From NCBI GenBank assembly GCA_964406075.1, contig CAYOQI010000002.1, positions 96,565 to 160,564 on the forward strand: a stretch of DNA of 64,000 nt, given 5' to 3'. Position 1 is the stretch's first letter; every line of letters begins with the position of its first letter. The notes under the pieces are model-generated. The model ran no database searches. It was not told the DNA's origin and saw only the letters and a program-made list of their open reading frames with translations. This document shows positions 1-9,672 of this stretch, piece by piece. Both the position numbers and the translations under genes were made by a program. The stretch is from an uncultured Pseudomonadales bacterium (GTDB lineage Bacteria; Patescibacteriota; Microgenomatia; UBA1400; PJMF01).

Positions 1-1
1 A

Positions 2-460
2 GAAGCTGGAACAGATAAAACTACGCAAATTCAATCTCAACTTGAACACCTAACTCCAGATGTACGAGTACTTCAGTTTACAAAAGTGTTGTCGCCAGAT
101 ATTTTCCTGAGTACTTCCTTTGCTACTTCTCGTCCTGCGGATGAAACGGGTGAACATCATCACGTTCATGAAGACTATCAAATGTATTGGTATGAGTCAG
201 AACAACCACATGATGTAAATAAAGTGATTCAAGTCATTCGAAACACTCCCAAAGAAATTGTTCGAATTAAAGGAGTAGTTTTTTCTTCAGATAGTACCAA
301 CTCAAAAGTACTCATCCAACGTGTTGGATCACGCACCACAACAGACTCAAGTGAGTGGGGAAGTGATGAGAAAAAACAAACAACTATTCTCTTCATCGGA
401 AAATCATTTGATGAGGATGAGCTAAAAAAACAGCTTGATACTACAAAAAGTACGATTTAA
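2..460 (+). CDS. CobW/G3E-family GTPase metallochaperone, C-terminal portion (5' end outside window)
   Basis: Frame is open from base 2. His-rich linker GEHHHVHEDY is followed by a CobW_C-like segment (EIVRIKGVV...TTILFIGKSFDEDELKKQL). The listed ORF 86..460 is only the internal-Met part. Confidence 0.6.
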   Translation, partial: EAGTDKTTQIQSQLEHLTPDVRVLQFTKVLSPDIFLSTSFATSRPADETGEHHHVHEDYQMYWYESEQPHDVNKVIQVIRNTPKEIVRIKGVVFSSDSTNSKVLIQRVGSRTTTDSSEWGSDEKKQTTILFIGKSFDEDELKKQLDTTKSTI

Positions 461-472
461 TTTCTAAAAATT

Positions 473-1801
473 TTAGTACCTGTATTGATCCGCTTTAAAT
501 GGTCCTTTATTTGGAACACCTAAATATTCAGATTGATCCTTCGAGAGTTTCGTTAATTTTGCTCCCACGTGTTCTAAATGCAAAGCTGCTACTTTTTCAT
601 CAAGATGTTTTGGTAAAACATAGACACCGACAATATACGGTTTGGTATACAGTTCAATTTGAGCAAGAACTTGATTGGTAAAAGAATTTGACATCACGAA
701 TGATGGATGACCCATCGCACATCCTAAATTAACTAATCGCCCTTCAGCTAAGAGAATAATTCGATGTTTGTCAGGCCTGCCCGCCGTGGCGGGGAAAGTA
801 TAGACATCGACCTGTGGTTTTAAGGTTTTCTTTTTAATTCCTTTAAACGCATTCAACTCAGCAACTTGGATCTCCACATCAAAATGGCCAATGTTACAAA
901 CAATCGCCGTGTCTTTCATTTTTTCCATGTGTTCAATGCGAATGACATCTTTGCATCCGGTCGCGGTCACAAAAATATCGACTTCTTTGATCACGTCTTC
1001 AATTCGTTTGACTTCATATCCTTCCATCGCGGCTTGCAACGCACAAATCGGATCGACTTCTGAAACAATCACTCGCGCTCCGTTATTTCGTAAAGACTGA
1101 GCACTTCCCTTACCGACATCTCCAAACCCAGCCACAAAAGCTACTTTTCCAGCCAACATCACATCAGTCGCTCGCCGAATGGCATCAACTAATGACTCAC
1201 GACAGCCGTATAAATTGTCAAACTTTGATTTCGTCACAGAATCGTTCACATTGATGGCTGGAATTTTTAATTTCCCGGTTTTCATCATTTTGTGAAGGTG
1301 ATGCACTCCCGTAGTGGTTTCTTCTGATACGCCTTTGATTTGATCAAGCAATTCAGGATGTTTTTCATGCACCAAACTTGTCAGATCTCCCCCATCATCT
1401 AATAACATATTTGGACCGATCATTTCACCCTTTTTATCAGTGAAAAGTAGCGTTTGTTCCGTACACCACCAGTACTCCTCTTCTGTTTCGCCTTTCCACG
1501 CAAAGACTGGAATTCCTGCTTTCGCAATTGCAGCAGCCGCATGATCTTGAGTCGAAAAAATATTGCAGGAGGCCCATCTGACTTCAGCTCCCAGCTGAAC
1601 CAAAGTTTCAATCAACACTGCGGTTTGAATGGTCATGTGAAGTGAACCGGCGATTCGAGCACCTTTGAGCGGTTTGGATGAAGCGTATTCTTTCCGAATG
1701 GCCATCAGTCCTGGCATCTCATTTTCTGCTAGTTCAATTTCTTGGCGTCCCCATTCTGCCAGTGAAATATCTTTTACCTTGTATGAGTCTGTTTTTTTCA
1801 T
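473..1801 (-). CDS. ahcY: S-adenosyl-L-homocysteine hydrolase
   Basis: 442 aa with full-length AhcY hallmarks: [29 protein letters not shown]-binding [45 protein letters not shown]. Confidence 0.97.
   Translation of the reverse strand: MKKTDSYKVKDISLAEWGRQEIELAENEMPGLMAIRKEYASSKPLKGARIAGSLHMTIQTAVLIETLVQLGAEVRWASCNIFSTQDHAAAAIAKAGIPVFAWKGETEEEYWWCTEQTLLFTDKKGEMIGPNMLLDDGGDLTSLVHEKHPELLDQIKGVSEETTTGVHHLHKMMKTGKLKIPAINVNDSVTKSKFDNLYGCRESLVDAIRRATDVMLAGKVAFVAGFGDVGKGSAQSLRNNGARVIVSEVDPICALQAAMEGYEVKRIEDVIKEVDIFVTATGCKDVIRIEHMEKMKDTAIVCNIGHFDVEIQVAELNAFKGIKKKTLKPQVDVYTFPATAGRPDKHRIILLAEGRLVNLGCAMGHPSFVMSNSFTNQVLAQIELYTKPYIVGVYVLPKHLDEKVAALHLEHVGAKLTKLSKDQSEYLGVPNKGPFKADQYRY
773..790 (-). other. 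18-nt GC-rich palindromic in-frame micro-insertion within ahcY (encodes ATAGRP)
   Basis: Sense strand GCCACGGCGGGCAGGCCT is 15/18 G+C inside an AT-rich gene. With the flanking CCC it forms CCCGCC-AC-GGCGGG. These are six extra codons relative to the canonical PQVD-x9-IILLAEGRL spacing. Confidence 0.6.
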
Positions 1802-1808
1802 ATGTTCC

Positions 1809-2756
1809 TTATAGTGAGATATCTTGATGATACTGCTTTTTATAACGATCAGTAATTTGAGATTTTGTTAAAACATGTTCTTGAGTGCCGTGAATTTCTA
1901 CCACAAAAGCAGCTAAGGTTGAACCAAGCTGGGCTGAAGTTTTCAAATCCCAGCCTCGGGTATAACCATATAGAAATCCTGCTCGATAGGCGTCACCAGC
2001 TCCAGTCGGATCAACCACCTTTTTCACTTTGACGGCTTGAATCGATTGTTTTTCCCACTTATTTTGTTTTGAATAAATTTCTGAACCTCTTTCACCTAAA
2101 GTAATGATACAGACTTCGACTGACTGGATAATTTCTTCCGGTGTTAACTCTGTTCGTTCGGACAACATACCCATTTCATAATCATTGAGGATTAAAACTT
2201 CGGCAGCATGAATGCCTTTTCGTAAAGTTTCTTTTGATAACGCAATGACTTGCTGTCCTATATCAAAGTACATTCTTTTTTTTAATTCTAAACACTCATC
2301 AATTTGGACAGCCATTTGTTCTGGATCATGAGCCGAGAGAACAATCAGCACATCTTCGTCAGCAAATTTTTGAATTGTTAAAGACTTCGCATCACCCATT
2401 GCACCAGGATAAAATCCGCCAACTTGGCAATTATTACTATCGGTAATTACGCTAAAAGTAGCCGTTGGTAGGGAAGAGTAATGCACATGATCAATGTTCA
2501 CACCAAGTTTTTCTAACTCTTTCATATACACTCGTTGATCATCACCAATTGAAGAATATAACAGGGGAGTGTCGCCCAGCAAAGCTAGGGAATAAGCAAT
2601 ATTGCCCGCAATCCCGCCTCGACTTCGGATCAATTTTTGAATTAAAACAGAAATAGAAAGTACTCGAAGTTTATCTGGCTGGATCATGTCCGCGAATAAC
2701 CCATCGAAGTTCATGATCTGATCTACCGCCAGTGAGCCAATCAGCACAATTTGCAT
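1809..2756 (-). CDS. adoK: PfkB-family adenosine kinase (mycobacterial AdoK type)
   Basis: 315 aa. The N-terminus [49 protein letters not shown] is colinear with M. tuberculosis AdoK as I recall it. Also has FYPGAMG and the PfkB signature [16 protein letters not shown]. It lies 7 nt upstream of ahcY on the same strand. Confidence 0.75.
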   Translation of the reverse strand: MQIVLIGSLAVDQIMNFDGLFADMIQPDKLRVLSISVLIQKLIRSRGGIAGNIAYSLALLGDTPLLYSSIGDDQRVYMKELEKLGVNIDHVHYSSLPTATFSVITDSNNCQVGGFYPGAMGDAKSLTIQKFADEDVLIVLSAHDPEQMAVQIDECLELKKRMYFDIGQQVIALSKETLRKGIHAAEVLILNDYEMGMLSERTELTPEEIIQSVEVCIITLGERGSEIYSKQNKWEKQSIQAVKVKKVVDPTGAGDAYRAGFLYGYTRGWDLKTSAQLGSTLAAFVVEIHGTQEHVLTKSQITDRYKKQYHQDISL

Positions 2757-2815
2757 ATTTGTGTCCCCTATATATTGAAAACCTATTCACGAGTAAAGCG
2801 TATAAAATATACACC

Positions 2816-4468
2816 ATGACTCAGTCCTCCGCTCTAGCAATTTTGAAAACCGGTGCCAATGTTTTTTTAACTGGGAAACCCGGCAGTGGCAAAACCCATA
2901 CGGTGAACCTCTACCGCGATTATCTGCGTGAACATGGAATCGAAACTGCTGTTACGGCTTCGACTGGGATCGCTGCTACACATTTAGGTGGTCAAACGAT
3001 TCATTCATGGAGTGGGATAGGTATTCGAAAAGATCTCACTTCATATGATTTCAATTTGATGCGAGAAAAAAAATATCTACTTCCCCGACTTCAATCAACC
3101 AAAGTGTTAATTATCGATGAGATTTCCATGCTGGATGCTCAGACGCTGGATCAAGTCGATCAAACCCTCCAAGCATTGCGAGAAAGTGATCGACCATTTG
3201 GTGGACTTCAAATTGTATTTGTGGGAGATTTTTTCCAGTTACCACCAGTAGAGAAATTATCGAAATTTGCGTTCGAATCTTCAGCTTGGCAAGAAGCTCA
3301 ACCCGTCATTTGTTATTTATCAGAACAACACCGCCAGGAAGATACACATTTTTTGAGTGTGTTAGATTCGATTCGTACTGGAGAAAATATTTCTCAAGTT
3401 GAGAATGCGTTATCGATGAGAATTATTGAGTCTGATATCGAGACCACTGTCACCCGGCTCTATTCTCACAATGTCGATGTGGATCGAGTGAATGCTGAAT
3501 GGTTGGAACAACTGTCCGGCGAGGAATCTATATTTCAAATGAAATCAAAAGGACAGAAAAATCAGATTGCTTCGCTGATCAAAGGCTGTCTTTCTCCTGA
3601 AACATTGATATTAAAAAAAGGTGCTCGAGTCATGTTTACCAAAAACAATATTGATGAAGGCTTTGTAAATGGCACGATTGGAGAAGTCGTCAGCTTCACA
3701 AAAGAAAACTTTCCTTTGGTGCGAACAACTGAAGGAAGCATGATCGAAGTTCAACCAATGGAGTGGGTGATTGAGGAAAATGAAAAAAAAATAGCCAGTA
3801 TTTCTCAACTTCCCTTACGTTTGGCTTGGGCGATCACAGTGCACAAAAGCCAAGGGATGACGATTGATTCGGCACTGATTGATCTGTCTCGAACTTTTGA
3901 ATATGGCCAAGGATATGTTGCCATTTCACGAGTCCGGACATTATCAGGACTGTATTTAATTGGCTTTAATGAAATGGCATTAAAGGTCCATCCAAAAATT
4001 CAAGAAGTTGATACTCAGTTTAAAACGAAATCTCAAAACGCAGAAAAAAGACTCAGTCAGTATTCTGACAGCGACATCGCCACCAAGCACAAAAATTTCA
4101 TCATTGCTTCGGAAGGAAGTCTCAAAAAAATTGAAGTGAAAAAACCAAAACCAAAAACTGAATACGATGGTAGTACCTATGAAGCCACTCTCGCATTGTT
4201 TAAACAAGGAAAGGTACTCACTGAGATTGCCATAACCCGCGATTTAACCTTAGGAACTATCTTAGGACATATTGAAAAATTGCACCAAAATGCTCAAATT
4301 GAAAAAAAAGAACTCCAATCACATGTTCCTGATTATCTCCGTAAAGACTTGCCTAAAATTCGCAAAGTATTTAAAAAACTCGGTTCCGAAAAACTTTCAC
4401 CAGTATTTGAGTCATTCAAAGGAAAGTATTCGTACGAAGAATTAAAATTGGCAAGAATTATGATGTGA
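2816..4468 (+). CDS. PIF1/RecD-like SF1B DNA helicase with C-terminal HTH-like tail
   Basis: Walker A GKPGSGKTH, Walker B LIIDEISM, VGDFFQLPPV, AITVHKSQGMT. Start moved from GTG 2732 to ATG 2816 (MTQSSALAILK), which has a TAAAAT box 7 nt upstream. Confidence 0.8.
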   Translation: MTQSSALAILKTGANVFLTGKPGSGKTHTVNLYRDYLREHGIETAVTASTGIAATHLGGQTIHSWSGIGIRKDLTSYDFNLMREKKYLLPRLQSTKVLIIDEISMLDAQTLDQVDQTLQALRESDRPFGGLQIVFVGDFFQLPPVEKLSKFAFESSAWQEAQPVICYLSEQHRQEDTHFLSVLDSIRTGENISQVENALSMRIIESDIETTVTRLYSHNVDVDRVNAEWLEQLSGEESIFQMKSKGQKNQIASLIKGCLSPETLILKKGARVMFTKNNIDEGFVNGTIGEVVSFTKENFPLVRTTEGSMIEVQPMEWVIEENEKKIASISQLPLRLAWAITVHKSQGMTIDSALIDLSRTFEYGQGYVAISRVRTLSGLYLIGFNEMALKVHPKIQEVDTQFKTKSQNAEKRLSQYSDSDIATKHKNFIIASEGSLKKIEVKKPKPKTEYDGSTYEATLALFKQGKVLTEIAITRDLTLGTILGHIEKLHQNAQIEKKELQSHVPDYLRKDLPKIRKVFKKLGSEKLSPVFESFKGKYSYEELKLARIMM

Positions 4469-4476
4469 GCAAATTG

Positions 4477-4561
4477 CGGAAGGGGTGGGATTTGAACCCA
4501 CGAGGCCCGTAAGAGCCGCGGTTTTCGAAACCGGTCCGATAGACCACTCCGGCACCCTTCC
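4477..4561 (-). tRNA. tRNA-Ser (anticodon CGA), class II with long variable arm
   Basis: Manual fold: GGAAGGG/CCCTTCC acceptor, anticodon loop TTCGAAA, variable arm GGCTCTTACGGGCCTC, T-arm GTGGG-TTCAAAT-CCCAC. No encoded CCA. Confidence 0.9.
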
Positions 4562-4597
4562 AAGAGCGTTATTGTATCATTTTTCTTGTCTGAAGAA

Positions 4598-5257
4598 TTA
4601 AATTAACTGGGATTGTTTAAACGAGAACTGCTTTTGTTTGGCCAGAATGACATGATCAAGCAGTTCAACTCCCAGAATGTTTCCAGCTTGTTGAATCGTA
4701 TCTGTAAACTTTTTATCATCACTTGATGGCGTTGGATCGCCAGAAGGGTGATTGTGAGCAATAATAAGGTATAGAATAGGATGAGTTTTAATCGGACGAA
4801 AAACTTCCCGAGGAGTTAAGATCGATTGATTCAATCCTCCGATTGCTAGAGTTTCCCGATGGATTAGTTTCATTCTGGCGTTAAGGTAAAGACCGACAAT
4901 GGTTTCTTTTTCTGTAAACCGTAAAAAATCGAGGTGTGACAACACTTTATCGAGTGAATCCAGTGCCGACTCAGAATCACGAGGTCGTAGTCGTTCAACT
5001 AATTCTAAGCTGGCTAAAATCTGAGACGCTTTGGCTAATCCCACACCAGGGATATTGGTTAAATCTGTTAATCCAACTTTGGGTTGAGAATGAAATAATT
5101 TATCAATTTTTTTAGCAAGTTGAGTAACGGGTGTTTGTTTTGACCCACTGCCGAGTAATATCATGAAGAGTTCAGTCGTACTGAGACTTTCCGCACCAAA
5201 CTGAGCCAAGCGTTCTCGGGGACGCTCAGACTTTGGCGTATTTTTGACAGATTGCAT
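4598..5257 (-). CDS. radC: RadC-family JAB-domain protein (UPF0758)
   Basis: 219 aa with an N-terminal HhH-like region and the JAMM motif HNHPSGDPTPSSDD. Confidence 0.9.
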   Translation of the reverse strand: MQSVKNTPKSERPRERLAQFGAESLSTTELFMILLGSGSKQTPVTQLAKKIDKLFHSQPKVGLTDLTNIPGVGLAKASQILASLELVERLRPRDSESALDSLDKVLSHLDFLRFTEKETIVGLYLNARMKLIHRETLAIGGLNQSILTPREVFRPIKTHPILYLIIAHNHPSGDPTPSSDDKKFTDTIQQAGNILGVELLDHVILAKQKQFSFKQSQLI

Positions 5258-5330
5258 GCTAAGTTTTTATTGTAGCGGATTTTTTGTGAAATTTTGAGGA
5301 AATTAATGGTAAGATATGATCCTGTCGCAA

Positions 5331-5414
5331 GGAGGTGTCGCCTAGTGGTCTATGGCAATCGCCTGGAAAGCGATGACCCTAAAGGTCTCGTGGGTTCGAA
5401 TCCCTCCACCTCCG
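5331..5414 (+). tRNA. tRNA-Ser (anticodon GGA), class II
   Basis: Manual fold: GGAGGTG/CACCTCC acceptor, anticodon arm ATCGC-CTGGAAA-GCGAT, long variable arm, T-loop TTCGAAT (one T-T mismatch in the T-stem). No encoded CCA. A TGGTAAGAT box lies at 5307..5315 upstream. Confidence 0.8.
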
Positions 5415-5454
5415 CAAAATAAAACATTTAAATGTTCATTTAAAAAGAAACAAA

Positions 5455-5733
5455 ATGTCATTTCAAGCTTATTTAGACAACATTGAAGAAAAAACTGGGA
5501 AAACACCAAATGATTTCATTGCTATAGCAAAAGAAAAAGGTTACGGAAGTGCTACTAAGGCTGGTGAAATTATAAATTGGCTTAAAGAAGATTATGAATT
5601 AGGACGAGGTCATGCAATGGCAATCGTCCATATCATTAAGAACGGTGATCAAATTAAAGATAAACATGTTCAAAGTGATGGAGTGCACAGTGATCCTTCC
5701 ACAACCTTGAATCTCGCGGGGAAAAAGAAATAA
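5455..5733 (+). CDS. DUF4287-domain protein
   Basis: 92 aa. The N-terminus MSFQAYLDNIEEKTGKTPNDFIAIAKEKGY resembles the DUF4287 family. Confidence 0.6.
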   Translation: MSFQAYLDNIEEKTGKTPNDFIAIAKEKGYGSATKAGEIINWLKEDYELGRGHAMAIVHIIKNGDQIKDKHVQSDGVHSDPSTTLNLAGKKK

Positions 5734-5774
5734 GTGGAAACTTATTTAACACTTCAACATTCCCGCCAATAAAT

Positions 5775-6002
5775 ATGTCTGAAACCCAAGAATATAAAGT
5801 GCTCAAATACTTTCAGTGGGGTCAGCTGAAGTTAGAACCCAGCCAAATCATTGTTGTTGATTTTAATGCATTCCCAGATGCGAACGATACGCGCATTTTG
5901 GTGTACCTCAAACACTATCGTCATATTGCCGAAAAAACACAACCAATTGGAAGTATGCCACTCGATTCATTTATAAAAGCTGGGTACATTGAAAAAAAAT
6001 AA
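5775..6002 (+). CDS. hypothetical protein
   Basis: 75-aa ORF with no recognisable motif. Confidence 0.4.
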   Translation: MSETQEYKVLKYFQWGQLKLEPSQIIVVDFNAFPDANDTRILVYLKHYRHIAEKTQPIGSMPLDSFIKAGYIEKK

Positions 6003-6162
6003 TTTATCCTCTTTACCAATTTCAATTCAAACAGCCTTACATTCCTAATTAACTTCAGAAAACTATATCCCCTTTAACACCCTTCAGCACTCTCCAGACA
6101 AACCTGCTATACTGAATACAGATTATTGTGATTAGACAAGAAAAACAGAATGGCTGGATGAC

Positions 6163-6579
6163 ATGACACGACTCAATCGATTTGGCTACTCAGGCAAACC
6201 TCTTTACCAAAAACTTGGGATTAACCACGCTTCATTAGTGACTTTAATGAATGAACCCGAAGAATATTTTGATTTGCTGCAACTTTCCCCTTCAGATTTA
6301 AATAAACCGAGTGATGGTCAAAAACCAAACATCGTGCATATTTTTGTAAAAACTCAAAAAGAATTAGAAAAAAAACTTCCTACCCTGAAAACATCGATTG
6401 ATCCTGCTGGAATGATCTGGGTCTCCTGGCCGAAGAAAAGCTCGACCAAAGCCGGTGATATCACCGAAGACACGATTCGAACTTTTGCCTTGAAAACTGG
6501 ATTGGTTGATGTCAAAGTCTGTTCTTTGAGTGACATGTGGTCAGGGCTGAAACTCGTCATTCGAGTCAAAGATCGCTAA
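6163..6579 (+). CDS. DUF3052-like protein
   Basis: 138 aa. The N-terminus GYSGKPLYQKLGI resembles DUF3052. A TGCTATACT box lies at 6105..6113. Confidence 0.5.
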   Translation: MTRLNRFGYSGKPLYQKLGINHASLVTLMNEPEEYFDLLQLSPSDLNKPSDGQKPNIVHIFVKTQKELEKKLPTLKTSIDPAGMIWVSWPKKSSTKAGDITEDTIRTFALKTGLVDVKVCSLSDMWSGLKLVIRVKDR

Positions 6580-6622
6580 AGCAAGCATTCCTGTACACAA
6601 CACATTCTTCTATACTTGAAAC

Positions 6623-7852
6623 GTGCTTCCATACAAAAAACTTCATCTCCAGCCAAAAAAAGTGACATTTATTGTCACTGCATTTTTACTCATCACAGTT
6701 GTTACGGTGTTTGCTTCCTATGTGATGATCAAAAACAAAACCAACTTAGATAGCTATGCCCAACAAGTGACTACTCTTCAATCAAATTCGACTCAGTTGC
6801 AAGATGAACTCACTCAACTTCAAACCAATATTGCCAGCACAGAGGCTGAACTTCAGCAGGTCTTAGCGGAGGATCAACGAGTACGGAATGATGAACTCGA
6901 AAAAGAAATTGCTGACATCCAAAAGACGTATAAAGAAACGGTCAAAATGTATGACCAACTGTTAGATGTCAAAGAAGCCACTACCAAAACTCAAGAACTT
7001 GACGCCACATTTGCAAAAATTCTTACACTTTTAGGTAATCGGAATTACGCCAGTGCCTCTGCCAGTTTAACCACACTCAGAACAGACATTCAGAAAAAAC
7101 AAGCTGAACTCGCAACTTTAACCGCCACAATCACAGCTCCAGTCAATAATTCCGCTCCCTCATCTGGTTCTAGTCGCCAAACAGTAGAAAGTGATGCAGG
7201 CGCATTTGTCGTGGATCTGATAGCCGCTGACTTGAATTCAACTCGTGTACTCGCGGTGACTGCATCAGACGGTAATTGCGGTGATAATTGCCCCGTCAGT
7301 TCCCTTGCCGACTTTGTCGGAAAAGGTGGTGGATACGCTGGAATCAACGGCCCCTACTTTTGTCCAGCTGAGTATCCAAGCTGTGCTGGAAAAACCAACT
7401 CGTTTGACACTTTACTCATGAATAATAAAAAAACCTATTTCAATTCAGATAACAATGTCTATAGCACTGTCCCTGCCGTAATTTTTTCTGGTAACTCTGC
7501 TCGCTTCGTTGGACAGTCACTTGAATGGGGAAGAGATACAGGAGTTGACTCAGTCATTGCGAGCCAACCACTTTTGCTTTCAAATGGGGAAGTGCGATTT
7601 GGCGGAGATGGTGATCCTAAAAAAGGCAGTCGCGGTTCTCGCAGTTTTATTGGTACGAAAGGGAATACTGTATATATCGGTGTTGTGAGAAATGCGACAG
7701 TGGCCGAAGTTGCCCGTGTACTGAAAGCGCTTGGTCTCGATCATGCTCTGAATTTAGACAGTGGCGGCTCTACTGCCCTGATGTTGAATGGAAAATACCT
7801 GGCCGGACCAGGTAGAAATACACCATTTGGAATTGTGTTGGCAAGAAAGTAG
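6623..7852 (+). CDS. Membrane-anchored phosphodiester glycosidase (NAGPA/DUF2233) family protein with coiled-coil
   Basis: 409 aa with an N-terminal TM, a Q/L-rich coiled coil, and a C-terminal domain carrying FIGTKGNTVYIGVV and NLDSGGSTAL. GTG start has TATACT 6 nt upstream. Confidence 0.75.
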   Translation: MLPYKKLHLQPKKVTFIVTAFLLITVVTVFASYVMIKNKTNLDSYAQQVTTLQSNSTQLQDELTQLQTNIASTEAELQQVLAEDQRVRNDELEKEIADIQKTYKETVKMYDQLLDVKEATTKTQELDATFAKILTLLGNRNYASASASLTTLRTDIQKKQAELATLTATITAPVNNSAPSSGSSRQTVESDAGAFVVDLIAADLNSTRVLAVTASDGNCGDNCPVSSLADFVGKGGGYAGINGPYFCPAEYPSCAGKTNSFDTLLMNNKKTYFNSDNNVYSTVPAVIFSGNSARFVGQSLEWGRDTGVDSVIASQPLLLSNGEVRFGGDGDPKKGSRGSRSFIGTKGNTVYIGVVRNATVAEVARVLKALGLDHALNLDSGGSTALMLNGKYLAGPGRNTPFGIVLARK

Positions 7853-7871
7853 TCTCATGTCATTCAGAACA

Positions 7872-7891
7872 TTCTGGTGTATTCACCAGAA
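7872..7891 (+). terminator. Perfect 8-bp hairpin downstream of 6623..7852 (no U-tract)
   Basis: TTCTGGTG-TATT-CACCAGAA, 20 nt after the stop codon. Confidence 0.35.
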
Positions 7892-8050
7892 GTGAAGAAT
7901 CCCGTTGTGATCATCAATGCTTCTCAAAAGACCTCCAAACATTTAACCTGATCCGCTATTTCTCTTTTCAACATGTGTATTACACTGCCTACTGACTTAT
8001 ATCACCTTAATACGCTACAATTCCCACAGTTATTTCTCATTTTTCCATTT

Positions 8051-8599
8051 ATGACCACTTCTCCTCTTTCCCTTTTGCCAGAATATAGTGAAAAAGCCTA
8101 CCGTCAAGATTATTCAAGTCAACCTGAGATTGAGGGTGTAAAACACCTCGACATTCGAAATTTTTTAAATGAAGAAGGCGATTTTTCTGAACTTTTCCGC
8201 TTCGATGAATCTGGACATTTGGAAATCATGCCCGACTTCCAACTTCGTCAAGTCAATCGAACAACAATTTTTCCTCAAGCAATCAAAGCTTGGCATTTTC
8301 ACCATAAACAAGATGAAATCTGGTACGTTCCCCCATGTTATCAACTCACCCTTGGTTTATGGGATTTGCGTGAAGATTCTCCAACTAAAAATATGAAGAA
8401 AAAAATCCAACTCGGTGGAGGTGCTTCCAAAGCAGTCTTTATCCCACGTGGTGTTGGTCATGGTGTGGCAAATTTTTCCGCTCACAACGGTCAGCTGTTT
8501 TACTTCGTCAGTCAACAGTTCAATGCGAACGAACCTGATGAGATGAGGCTTCACTGGAACGAGGCTGGAGCTGAGTTCTGGACTCCTGAGCGTGACTGA
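8051..8599 (+). CDS. RmlC-like cupin sugar epimerase (dTDP-4-dehydrorhamnose 3,5-epimerase-like)
   Basis: Cupin motifs GDFSELFR, AWHFHHKQDEIWYV, RGVGHGVANFS. Start is uncertain (ATG 7973 or ATG 8051); 8051 is preferred because the first 26 aa look non-native. Confidence 0.55.
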   Translation: MTTSPLSLLPEYSEKAYRQDYSSQPEIEGVKHLDIRNFLNEEGDFSELFRFDESGHLEIMPDFQLRQVNRTTIFPQAIKAWHFHHKQDEIWYVPPCYQLTLGLWDLREDSPTKNMKKKIQLGGGASKAVFIPRGVGHGVANFSAHNGQLFYFVSQQFNANEPDEMRLHWNEAGAEFWTPERD

Positions 8600-8620
8600 T
8601 CTCATTTTTTCCGGGTCAAT

Positions 8621-9019
8621 ATGAACAAATCCGCCATCAATTCATTTATTCAGAACATGAAAAAAGCTGGAAGTATTACCAAAGCTTCTGAGTGGATGAT
8701 CGAGGGTCGAGGTGACAAAAAAGCTGAGATTAAGTATGTCGGTGTCCTACTGGGAAATGAATGGGAAGAAATTTTTTCTCGAAAAAATAACCTGCTTTTT
8801 CAATTTACGTTAATTGATAAGATTGCCTACCTCGATATTTTACTGGCCAATACTCCCCCTTTTACTAAACTTACTTCTCAAAAATTAACTGAGAGTGACA
8901 AATGGGAAACCATCCTTGGTCAGCTCAGAAATACACTGAAAAAGGATAAACAGGACTTCCTTCATCATCGGGACGCGATCGGGAATCTATATAGCAAAAT
9001 TACAAAACTCCTAAAATAG
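8621..9019 (+). CDS. hypothetical protein
   Basis: 132-aa ORF with no motif recognised. Confidence 0.5.
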   Translation: MNKSAINSFIQNMKKAGSITKASEWMIEGRGDKKAEIKYVGVLLGNEWEEIFSRKNNLLFQFTLIDKIAYLDILLANTPPFTKLTSQKLTESDKWETILGQLRNTLKKDKQDFLHHRDAIGNLYSKITKLLK

Positions 9020-9020
9020 C

Positions 9021-9048
9021 ATCTTCCTGCCATAAAGATCTTTTTTTT
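9021..9048 (+). terminator. Weak intrinsic terminator candidate
   Basis: ATCTT-cctgccata-AAGAT followed by C-T8, immediately after the stop of 8621..9019. Confidence 0.45.
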
Positions 9049-9074
9049 ACACAGGAAATAGGTATACTGAGTAC

Positions 9075-9659
9075 ATGTCAGATACTCCTCCAACTCCAGT
9101 TAAAAAGGAAACGAAAAAAGATGAGCGTATTTCTTGGGATCAGATTGAAGAAGACCGCATGAAGACCGAGGAGACGTTATACGAATGGGAAGCTCCCAAC
9201 CGACCCTTTAAGAAGAGGGATCGAGAATTCTATTCCACGATTGCGGTAATTGTTTTCCTCGTGAGTTTAATTCTACTTTTTGCAGGCCAATTTTTATTGA
9301 TTGCTGTCGTTGTTTCTTTAGCATTCGTCAGCTATGTCCTTGCTTCCGTCCCGCCAGAACAGGTGAAACACAGCATTACTACCCACGGATTACATACGGG
9401 TAATCAATTTTATTTTTGGGAAGAAATGGGACGCTTTTGGTTCACGACCAAATTCAAGCACGACCTACTTCAGATCGAGGTTGCTAAGTTTCCCGGACGA
9501 ATTATTCTCCTTGTTGAGCCGGATGAAAAAATGAAAGTGCGAACAATTTTGACCAAATACCTGGTTCAACAAACTCCACTTCCCACTTTCTTGGATAAAT
9601 CAGCCGACTGGCTACAAGAAAAAGTCCCCTTAGAGAAAATGATCGAGAAGAAACAATAA
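9075..9659 (+). CDS. Two-TM membrane protein with C-terminal PH-like domain (hypothetical)
   Basis: 194 aa. Charged N-terminus, hydrophobic hairpin STIAVIVFLVSLILLFAGQFLLIAVVVSLAFVSYVLA, then a soluble tail. TATACT lies 6 nt upstream of the ATG. Confidence 0.6.
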   Translation: MSDTPPTPVKKETKKDERISWDQIEEDRMKTEETLYEWEAPNRPFKKRDREFYSTIAVIVFLVSLILLFAGQFLLIAVVVSLAFVSYVLASVPPEQVKHSITTHGLHTGNQFYFWEEMGRFWFTTKFKHDLLQIEVAKFPGRIILLVEPDEKMKVRTILTKYLVQQTPLPTFLDKSADWLQEKVPLEKMIEKKQ

Positions 9660-9672
9660 CTTTCCAATTTTC

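Noticed and set aside
1802-1808. SAH riboswitch upstream of ahcY
   Set aside because: The intergenic distance to the upstream adoK gene is 7 nt, which leaves no space for an RNA element.
5417-5454. AACATTTAAATGTT perfect palindrome after tRNA-Ser(GGA) as a regulatory site
   Set aside because: It is an AT-only 14-nt palindrome in AT-rich DNA. It is plausible as a weak tRNA terminator hairpin but not distinguishable from chance.
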